Assembly: GCA_010909165.1 (NCBI GenBank)
Contig: MU008157.1
Span: forward strand, 806,001 to 870,000
From: Anthoceros angustus
Taxonomy: Eukaryota; Plantae; Anthocerotophyta
Direction: 5' to 3'
Length of the DNA stretch: 64,000 nt
Shown one piece after another: positions 28,809 through 38,700 of the stretch; the stretch's first letter is position 1; each line of letters begins with the position of its first letter. The position numbers were made by a program, and so were the translations under genes. The notes beneath the pieces were generated by a model. That model ran no database searches and was not told where the DNA came from. It was given only the letters and a program-made list of their open reading frames with translations.

Positions 28809-29394
28809 GATTCCCAACTTGCTTGTATGGCATAACATGTATGGCAGACGCTATTATTTTGGGTCTGCCATAAGGAAAACCCCGTTGAGCAGGGTGTAAG
28901 GGCGCTCCCTAAATGAAAGGAACCCACCTTCCCCAGATATTCACTAGAGTTGAGATAGTATTTAAAACCTACAACGGTACGGTATATTTTTTAACAAGGG
29001 GTGCATAATGAATCAATCGATCATAATATAAGATATTAAGACTCGGCATACATTTTCTCTCTTATTTTATTTGATTGCCTTCCAATTTACAATCGTCCAC
29101 ATTCAACCCGTATTCTTCTCCCAACTCTTGAATCATGATGAATTCATCCTCAGATTTCATAGACCATATGCATATGTGTCGCTTTAAGGATATACTCAGC
29201 CATTGAGTGGCAAGTGCGTCTCCCCATAGGCCAACTTCATCTTGGGGTGTTCCATGTTGGGGTCTTCCCTCTTCGAATGACGTCCCATCTTGCATTTCAG
29301 CATCTAGCGGTGTCCCATTTTGCATTGTCGCATCTTGCACATATGGATACTAAGGTTTAGATTTGGCACTTTCGCATCTGACATCATCTCATCC

Positions 29395-29525
29395 TGCACA
29401 TTTAATGCATCTTGCTCCTTAGCTACATATTGCACATCTAATGCCTTGTGCATATTTGATTCATCTTGCACATTTGATGCATCTGGCATATTTGACATTC
29501 CTTGCATATTTGATGCCTCTTGCAT
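29395..29525 (-). repeat. Degenerate 18-bp minisatellite encoding MQDASN-like hexapeptides
   Basis: Repeated tgcatatttgatgcatct-like units. The minus-strand translation is MQEASN MQGMSN MPDASN VQDESN MHKALD. Confidence 0.75.
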
Positions 29526-30092
29526 ATTTCACGTTGCATAGTTGTGTCAGCTAGCATTGTCTCGTCACATGATATTGCATTTTCCGATGTGCACAATAAG
29601 ATGCACTCACTTATTTTGGGGGCTAATTTCAAAGTAAACCTCATTTTAGTTTCACGGTTCGAGCGAAACCCTCTCATTTTTCGAGTTTCGTCAAGTCTTT
29701 CACCTTTTTGACTTCGGTCAATGGAATATGGCAGGCATTGAGATCTGGCATTCTCATGATTATAGCCAAACCCTCAAGTTTTCCGAGTTCTGTCAACCCT
29801 CTGAGCTTTTTGATTTCTGCTAATAGAAGATATGCCACATGTCATACTTTATGGTACAACAGATAATCTCATCCTACGAATATAAGTGTCTATATTATCT
29901 ATTTGATGAACCTCTTGCAATATCTTTGAAAGATAGTGCTCGAGATTATTAAGAGCGACTGGATCTTGATTTAGAATCCTATTTTTAAATTCATCCAAGG
30001 GTAAAAGAGGGGGGCGCCGACATGCTGGCGCTCACTTGGCAGGCTCATGTTTGACAAACGTAACTGGCCTAAAACAATGTCATTGCTGCAGA

Positions 30093-32593
30093 CTAAGTGG
30101 AAAGGTCTTCCATTCCGGCTTGAGTCTCCGAAGGGCATTGCCCTTGCACACTATCTATCACCTCTTCCAGTCCTTTCAGTCGAGCATGCTCCGTGTCTTC
30201 AAAGTTGTCATTTTCCTCCATCGCATTATCTTCGTCAGTATAGTCTCCTTCCGTGCCAATGTTGGAGTCGTTTTGTGGCCAAACGGCGTCCAGGGTCTGC
30301 TGCCCATCGTCCAGGATGTCACCGGTATTCTCCTTGCTTCTGTTAGCTGCCAAGCGAACAACCTGCGACTGAGACCCATCCTTTTCAGACAAACCCACCT
30401 CTTTTGCCTAAACTGGGTCGGGCCCCGACGATGTGGTTCATGATTCAACTCCTCTTCTGCATCCGGCGACACTTCATACTCGTGGATTCTTTGAGGAATA
30501 AACTCTACGCACCTCTTGTCTACCTCGATTGCAATGTAATTACGTCCACATAGCAATGCTGCCAAAGTCGTTGACCCACTCCCAGCACAAGCATCCAGAA
30601 TCCAATCCCCCTCTTTCGAGAAAAATTTGATGAGCCTCATCATCAAAGCCAAAGGCCTTTGATAAGCATAGACCACCAGCTTGTCCCATGATGTGTACGA
30701 CAACTTCTTCACCACAGTAGGATGCCCGATGACTGCCCGCCCATTGTTGAAAGACCCATGGATGTTAGTGGGGATCATGAAACTTTGATCTTCTTGCTAT
30801 TCGATGTTAAACCCCACCCTACAATCACGTATTCTATAGTGTCGTACCCACCCAAGTCGTTGTGCATATTTGTTTTCTCGTATACAAAAGAGATCAATCC
30901 TCCTCCTCTAAATCTGCACCACTTTTGCATGGCCTCTCTGACCATATGCAGCTCTTCAACAACATGCATCACTATCATTCTCATCTTCTGGCAGGTCGTC
31001 ATATCATGGAATATTGTACCCAATTGACTCTGGTCTAACTTCACATAATGTTTGCCCTTGTTGAACCCTCTGGGCACCCTCGTGAACCTCAAGAAAAAAT
31101 GCTTGAAAATCCTCATGCAGCTTTTTCAGGTCTTCAATATCTTTGACGTGCTGTATGTTTTGGCAAACGACATAGTGTATTGAGCGAGAGTGAAAGGGCA
31201 CGAGGGCGCTGGCATGCCAGCGCTCTCCAATTAACAAACATTACCAACAATGGACGGCAGCGTGGTTACATTGCCCTCGAATGCAGTTTGAAATCTTGCT
31301 ATCATTCATCGGAGGAGTGTTGAGGGTATTCCTGTCTCACCATATCGAATGAGTCACATGCCAGATATTTTGCCATGGCCACTTGTATCACATGAAATTT
31401 CTTGCGCAAGGTTACTTCCTTCGCCATGCCATTGAGGTCCAGGAGTCCCATCAGTACCTTCTTTGTTGCACATATCAACATCTGCTAACCAGACTCTCCA
31501 TGTGGGACACCTTGAAAGCTTCGCCAGGGCTTCCCCTACATCTCTTTGGGTTTGACAAAAACCCCCTCAACCTGCTTCATCCCGTCAGTTGCCTTCCGCT
31601 TTCCCTTGCTCTTCTTAGTTGTTCCAGCTGCTACTTGCTTCGCTTGCTCAAGGAGCTCTACTGCTTCCCACTTCGTGAAGATTTTGTCCACGTTTTCCCA
31701 AACCTTTCCCTCGAGTTTGGCAATGCACAAAATATGAGTTATGTTGTCAACCTTGTTCTGCTTATACTGCTCATCTTTCCGCCCTTTGTCATGTTCAATC
31801 AACCCGAGCACTTTGTAAAGATTAAATTTCCAGTTCATGGTCATGCTCACATTATCCCGCTTGGCAATCTATAACTCATCTCTAAGGTACCGAACCTGTT
31901 CAATGAAATTCATTTTCTTTCGCTTATCTGCCATTTGGTTGTGATCGGTGGCCATTATCCTCATCTCCGGGACAATTAGGCCACAATACATATGGGCTTC
32001 GATCCATTGGAAACGTGCCTTTCCTGGTGATATATCTGCTAAATGCCTCATGGCTGTGTATGTGTCATTCCCCCTTAGAATGCCCATAACATACTTCTTT
32101 GCCCTAAACATTTTCCAATCAATTTGTTCAATGTCCTCGCACTCTGCAGGGTCAATCATACATAAAAGGGGAAGCACTTCTTTTTCAATCCTTCCCTTTG
32201 CAATGACACGTGCAAGATAGTTTACCCAGGCCTCATCAATTTTCCGGATCTGGGCATCAGGGGTCCAGAAGGCGGCAAGCCTAAGATTTTCGAGTTTCAC
32301 CAAAACAGTTTCAGGCACCACCTTTTTTGAGTAAGTAGACTGACGTATATTCGTAAGGTAGACTGACGTATATTCGTAAGGTAGACTTTGTCCATATGCG
32401 ACACCTCCAACCACTCACTGTCCATGGCCACGTGAATAATTTGAATGTCATTGCTGTCCAAAGGTCTAATTGCGCGCTTTCCTTTCATGTGCCGCTGGGT
32501 ATCCGCCGTATCCACTCTTGGAGTTTTCGTATTCTTGCCGCTTGTCTTCATGGACGTCTTGCGTTTTTGGGGTTGGGCGAGAGCGAAGCACAA
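30093..32593 (-). pseudogene. Decayed fusion of a ParB-like domain and a beta-class amino (N4C/N6A) DNA methyltransferase, probably transposon-borne
   Basis: C-terminal YQRPLALMMRLIKFFSKEGDWILDACAGSGSTTLAALLCGRNYIAIEVD corresponds to motifs X-I-II of N6_N4 MTases, preceded by ISFVYEKTN...EYVIVGW. The N-terminal QIRKIDEAWVNYLARVI...ILRGNDTYTAMRHL...YCGLIVPEMRIMATDHN resembles a ParB/Srx-like fold, which is less certain. The gene is broken by in-frame stops and frameshifts. Confidence 0.78.
32335..32387. repeat. Perfect 23-bp tandem duplication inside the ParB-MTase ORF
   Basis: gtagactgacgtatattcgtaag twice, followed by gtagact. Confidence 0.95.
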
Positions 32594-33751
32594 GTTGAAG
32601 GCGAAGCAAGGGCAGGTTCCCTTGCATCTCTTTGGGTTCTCCTACATCTCTTTGGGTTTGATCATGTCAAATTGTTAGCCTGACCATTTTACTTGGCCTA
32701 TGCCGAGGGCCTGCATGCCGGGCGCCCCCTGCCATCACTGAAGGCGCCAGAGCCGCACCCCAAGCGTAGGCCCGCACGTAAAACCAGTTAAGACCAATAA
32801 TTTGACATGATCTCAAGTAATATAGCCGAGACTAACACTCGGAAGTAGCTTGGCTCACGAGGTTGGAGATGGTTGGTTCGATGCATCTATACTTATATTA
32901 TGAAATTTAACGTATTTAACCTTCCTTCAGTTGCACGCATGGAGTGCAGTATGGGTATTATTTATGGAAAAAACATTGGAGGCTGTAAGTCAATAACCAT
33001 AGCTGAATCAGAAAACACAAAGGTATACAGTTAGATCCAGGATCAAGACCCTAATTTTCCATCTTTTTGCATAACCATAAGGTTCAGACGCCATTTGAGA
33101 GCCCATAAAGAGGCCGGTTCCCCGTATATGTACCCTAATAGCCGCTTCATATATATTGAGCTGCTTCAAATATTATCTTGTTGATGAAAAAACTCACAGT
33201 GTGTGACAAGACAATGCGGAAACATGTTTATGAAAAATGAGGCACACGCCAAAAGATAACCTTATTATACAAACACAAAAGGATATGGGCGGCGTCGAAT
33301 GTAGTTGTCTTTTCAACATGCCTACTAAAAATATCAAGTAAAAGCTTGGCTTCCCGGAGTGGCGTGAGTCGCATGTGCGTGTGTCATAAGAGAAGTTGCA
33401 TATTCATACATTTAGTTATGAAGGTACATAGATCTTGGCATATCCAGGGTCCGCTCCCTTAGCTTATGGCAAACCCTTCTGGTGAGAAAACTAACGATCT
33501 TTCTTAAACATTCCAAATCATATTGTATTTCACGATCCACAAGAAATAGTGAACCATCACAGGCCACCACAAGCTTTGCTAGCTTTAATTTGTGCCTGCA
33601 ATCAACGTGAACATTGCCCTCTCTCTTGTTTCTAGCACCTACTTCAGAAATTTCCTCCATAAGGGTGATGATGGCATCATCAACAGCTGCGTCTGGTCCT
33701 GACCTAGTAGAGCAGGATGTCATAGACATGATTAGGAGGTCATCAGGTTAC

Positions 33752-34097
33752 GCTGGGCCTTGTAACCATGAGTGTCATGGGGCCATCCTTCTGTAGATGA
33801 TGGGGATGCCACATCCTGGTCCTGCAGTACATTGCTCTGCATAGTGAAGATATTGGTGTAACAGGACCTCGTAGCCTCTACTCACCTACTAGCCATTCAA
33901 TTGTATCAAAACCCAACACAAACCCAAGTCTTAGACATGTCGGCTTGTGTTTAGCCAAACCCTTTTCCATGTGGTCCTGGAGTCCTAGGTGCAAGACGTC
34001 ATTCATCCTCTTTAGCTTTGGGCATGTCCCTAGCTCCTGGATGCTCGTAGCTTTGTTGTGTGCTCATTGCCCAATCCGGGCTTTGCATCTCAGGACT
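33752..34097. repeat. Copy 2 of the diverged ~345-bp direct repeat (partner 27749-28091)
   Basis: Same colinear blocks as copy 1, with several small indels. Confidence 0.9.
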
Positions 34098-34472
34098 TTG
34101 GAAAGGAACCGAAAACGTAGAGAGCCTCCAAATCCATGGTCATAGACACACACACATGGTCACAAGTGAGAAACCTCAATAAGATAACAAGTAAGCTATA
34201 TGTACAATATCGATCCTCAGGTCGGCGAACTTGCTGACGACGCACGAAGCAAAGACAACTCCTATTGAATACTATCTACCTTAGCTTGTAGGGTTGCGAT
34301 GGCTTGCTAGATGGAGTTGTGAGAGCTGGCGAAGTAAGGTTGGACACAGTTTCCTGAACGCACTCGAACTCCTTCCCCTTCACCAACGTCATTGCCAGCA
34401 CCTCTACATCGTGATTCAAGCAAACCCTATTGCAACAAACCTCATTGAAACAACCCCTAACCCTAGGTACAG

Positions 34473-34572
34473 CACTCGGGAACAAAGTTTTTGGTGGGAC
34501 CGTATGTTCCAGAGTGAGCATCCACTCGGGAACAAAGTTTTTGGTGGGACCGTATGTTCCAGAGTGAGCATC
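34473..34572. repeat. Perfect 50-bp tandem repeat, two copies, each unit a hairpin
   Basis: The unit starts cactcgggaaca and contains tgttccagagtg, an 11/12 reverse-complement match. Confidence 0.93.
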
Positions 34573-34702
34573 GATACACCATACTTGCATTCTGGTACTA
34601 TCTTCTCTTACAGATACTTATTTACCAGTTCAGTCTTGCTTTACTTGAATTCTGGAGAGTCTTGAAAGCATAACGGTTTGGGCAGTCTTACATCACCTAG
34701 AG

Positions 34703-34943
34703 TTTTGGATAGTCTTATAGCATTAGGATTTTGGATAGTCTTATTGCACTGGGATTTGGGATAGTCTTATAGCATTAGGATTTTTGATAGTCTTATAGCA
34801 CTAGGATTTGGACAATCTTATAACACTAAGATTTTGGACAATCTTACAACACTAAGATTTTGGACAATCTTACAACACTAAGATTTTGGACAATCTTACA
34901 ACACTAAGATTTTGGACAATCTTACTAGGATTTTGAATAATCT
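34703..34943. repeat. ~26-bp AT-rich minisatellite, about nine copies
   Basis: Units grade from ttttggatagtcttatagcattagga to ttttggacaatcttacaacactaaga. Confidence 0.93.
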
Positions 34944-35032
34944 TTATGTTGTTACTTCAAGCATGGGTGTAGCCCTTTGAAGAGCCACCCATCTCTCCTG
35001 CCTTCTTAGAATCTTGGACTGCCGTGGAGGCT

Positions 35033-35115
35033 CTATATAGCAGCAAGCCCTTCTTGGTGGTGCCCTAATTAGGTATATAGAGCAGCAAGCCCTTCTTGGT
35101 GGTGCCCTAATTAGG
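35033..35115. repeat. ~42-bp tandem repeat, two copies
   Basis: agcagcaagcccttcttggtggtgccctaattagg occurs twice. Confidence 0.9.
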
Positions 35116-35764
35116 ATGTCCTCGAGGCTACTTGGCACCGCTGCCCTCCGCTTCTCGTTGATCACATGGGGCATGCCATTTTTCTTTGTCCAAGGCTGGA
35201 TATGACGAATTGGACCATCGGACTATCCCTAGTCCGATTCCTATACCTCTAGAAAATATAAAAATCGAGAGGACAAAGTAAGTCAAATAAAGAAAAGAGA
35301 TAAAAAATACCATCTGTACCCGAAAAAAAAAGGGTGAACCCAACAAAGGGCACCAGGCCAAGGGACTAACTCCCGCGATAGCTTTTCTCAAAAAGTACGG
35401 GGCCAAAGGCCAAGTCCACCAAAGGCTGCAACTAAAATTCCAAAATAACGCGAGATTCCGACTGACGAACGCAAGACGCAAGGCACTTCTTCTCTCTTCC
35501 TTCCCGCGTGAATGTCTAACCGGTGACGAGGGTCCGTTAACCTATGGACATAGGTAGACTAGTCTAAAGCTTCATTGACTTTCGCCGACTGCTGAAGGGC
35601 GTTACTATATTCCAACTAACATGCCTCCGTCGCGGGAGCGGGACGGTGGAGGCCTCCCTTGAAGCACAGGAGGAACCCATTGCTGCTTGAAGCCTGTAGG
35701 CCGTTTTGGCCGTCCTTGTGAGAGGAAGGAGTTGGGCGCCCCTATTGTTTTATCAAGCGGACAG

Positions 35765-38700
35765 ATGGATATCGATCCTGCCCCCACCACGGCAGGAGGG
35801 CAACCGAGCAGTGCATCAGGAGGAGAAGGGAAGGATGTAGCTGAGAATCCACGTGTCCGGAAGGAGGTGTCATTTGATGCCCAGCTTGCGGAGAGCTTGA
35901 CTAGGAAGCGCGTTATTCCCCGTGCAAAGGTGCCAAGAACTGATGCCGATCCTCGTCCTTCAACCATTCATGGGGGCTCGTTTTTGGGTACATCGGCCCC
36001 ACGACCGTCTTCAGCCGATGAGGGGATTGAAGCACCACCCACCGGAGAGGCCATGAGGAGGAGGCGCAGGTCGTCCCTGCCCACCACGGGGTTCGAGGTG
36101 ACAGGCTCGCAGAACACATTGGTTAACAGCTGGCTTAAAAGTCAGGACATCGATACGCAGGAAAAGATTCTGATCGAAGCTTGGCTTGATCGAATGCTGG
36201 GAAGGGTGCTTGCGACAGCCAGTTCTACGTCCCTGCAGGAGAGTGCGTCCGGGGGGCTGATGTCCAGTGGTTTGGATAGAGCCAGGTTGATGTTTTCTGG
36301 ACTGGAGTCTGAGGAGGTGGATATGGTGTATCGGAGTCTGTATGCTCATACGGCAGGGTTTTATGACTTCCTGAAAGGGGGTAAGGGTTTCGAAGTTGAC
36401 GATGAGAATACGGAGAAGATCATGGTGGCGTTTAAGTTGCTGACCAGCCATTTGCAGCGGTGGGGGGATGGAGAAGGTCTGGCCATCGGGCAGAGAAGGA
36501 AGTCTTTAAGTGAGAGGAGAGATAGGGTTGGGAGTGTGGCCAGGAAGGAGACGGCGGGGTTTGAGCTGCGGAGCAAGATGGAGGTTAGGCTTATGGTTAT
36601 GTCAAGGGAGTTGGAACGGGAGAAGGAGCGCCGGAAGCAACAGGACGAGCTTATTGAATCTTTGCGGAAGCAGATCATGGACTTGGAAGCCGCGTTAGCT
36701 GCATTGCGGGAATTGTGTAACAAGATGAAGGCGGAAATGGACTTGATGAGTGCAAAAGCTCAAGAGGAGATAGACCGGTTGAAGAAGCTTCTGCAGGAAC
36801 AGTATGACCAGCTGTCGGCTTTGAGAGAGCTGTTGCGTCAGCAGGAAGCTGAGTTGACTGAGCTTAGGGAGACCCTGCGGCTAGCGCAAGAGAAATTTGC
36901 GAGCAAATCTTTGGAAGATGCAGAGGCCCTCGCTAAGGTGTATATGGAACGCATTGGAAAGCTCGAGAAGGATATTGCTGACCTTTTATGTGAGCTGGCT
37001 CGACTTCGGGAGAGTGAGCTCGAAGCCAGAAGGCAAAGGGATGCGTTACAGGAGCTGTATGAATTTGAGTCCACCCGGAATGCACGTGAGTATCAAAGAT
37101 TTTGTCTGAACACACTAGCACCTCTTGGCCTGGTCCATCGCTGGGCATATGAAGGGCAGTGTGCCATTGCAGGTTGAGGGTTTTCAAGAGATCAGTGTTC
37201 ATCAGTCTCTTGCTCATTTATGCAGTTCTCAGGCTCCAAATTGACGAGTTGCTAAGGAATCGGGACAAGATGAACCAGGATGCTGAACTAACTCAGCAGA
37301 AGCTGTTGGAGAATGCTCGTATCATTGCAGAACAACAGGCTGAAATTCTGGCTCTAAAATCTGCTCTTGAAAGGGCAAATGAACTTCTTGCAAAACTCCA
37401 GGGTAGGTCTTCACTTCTATGATGATCCCCTAATTTGCCTCAGCAAGTTGGGTCAGACAAACGTCCCCTCTTGTCAATTTCACTTCGTGTTTGTGTTGTC
37501 AAGCTGCTCAGCTGATTTTCAGTTGTTGATCCCTTCATAGTGGACCCAAGGAGCCTCCAGGCTACTGGGTTCCTAGCTCCTAATGTACCTGGAGGCAGTC
37601 GTGTTACTAATAAACTGCTGAATTTTGTTAGTATGCATCGTCATGCAATCATACCTGGACAAGGTAATTTGGTACAACAGGTGTAGAACGGGAGAACCAA
37701 GCTCTAAGGGAGAAGTTAAAGGAGTATGAGAAAATAAGCGACTCTCTGAAGGCACTTGACCAAGCCATGAAAGCAGTCACTGGTGACACCTCACCAGATG
37801 CTTCTTGGTTTGGGGAGAGAGCAGAATCTCTGCAGAGGAATGGAATGAAGGTTCTCAGCATGTTAAATATGGCAAATGATGCGATCAAGCTATTGCAGGA
37901 AAAGCTGGTTGAAAGGAATCTCCTTTTGAAAGAACTACAAGATCAGGTCAGTTCCCCTCTTGCAGTGGTTCCGTAAGTGATGTGACATATTGCGGGAGAT
38001 CCGCTGGCTCATCTAAGTGTCATGGCTCCTAAGCATGTTGCTGTAGTCATCTGTGTGACATTTATGTCATCTGCTAATTAGGTCATTTATGACTGCAGCA
38101 TTGAATTCCTACCAACACAATCTGAGCTGTCATACAGCTTGCTAGGACCTTGGCTCAAATTGATGATTTAGAAAAGCGGCTCAATAATGCTTTGGAGCAA
38201 GGCGAAAGCAAAGATGAATCTTGCCGGGAAATGCAAGGCCAATTAAGGTCCATGACTGATGAGTTAGAGAGGCTGAGAAAGCTTCTAACTGAGCTTCAAG
38301 CAAAGTATGACGCACTGAAGATGCGCATGGCTGCTGAGATAGAACGACTGAAAGCTGAATTGCAGGCTTTAAGGGAAGCACTTGCGGCGGAGAGACAAAA
38401 AACAGCCGATGCATTGGCAGCCTTAAAGAATCAGGTAGTTTCAGGTGATAAATGAGAGACTATAATCCTTTCGACACAACAGTGAGATGGGCCTAATTCG
38501 ATCAATGAATTTGTGAGTGTCGCATGGGCGTAGTATTATCAATTACATTCACCTTCAGTTTCTGATGTGCATAAGCAGATGGACCTTGTAGAACGTTTGA
38601 GACAGGAGTTGGAGAAGGCACGTAGACAAATTGAGGAACAAAAGAAGCTACTTGAAGAGAAGGATCGGAAGTATGAGAAAATGTTAGACACTTTGAAAGG

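Noticed and set aside
34452-34468. Telomere-like aacccctaaccctag
   Set aside because: Only about two imperfect units, which is expected by chance or as an ordinary telo-box.
34473-34943. CRISPR-like appearance of the hairpin repeat and the 26-bp array
   Set aside because: The units are contiguous with no unique spacers, there are no cas genes, and the context is eukaryotic.
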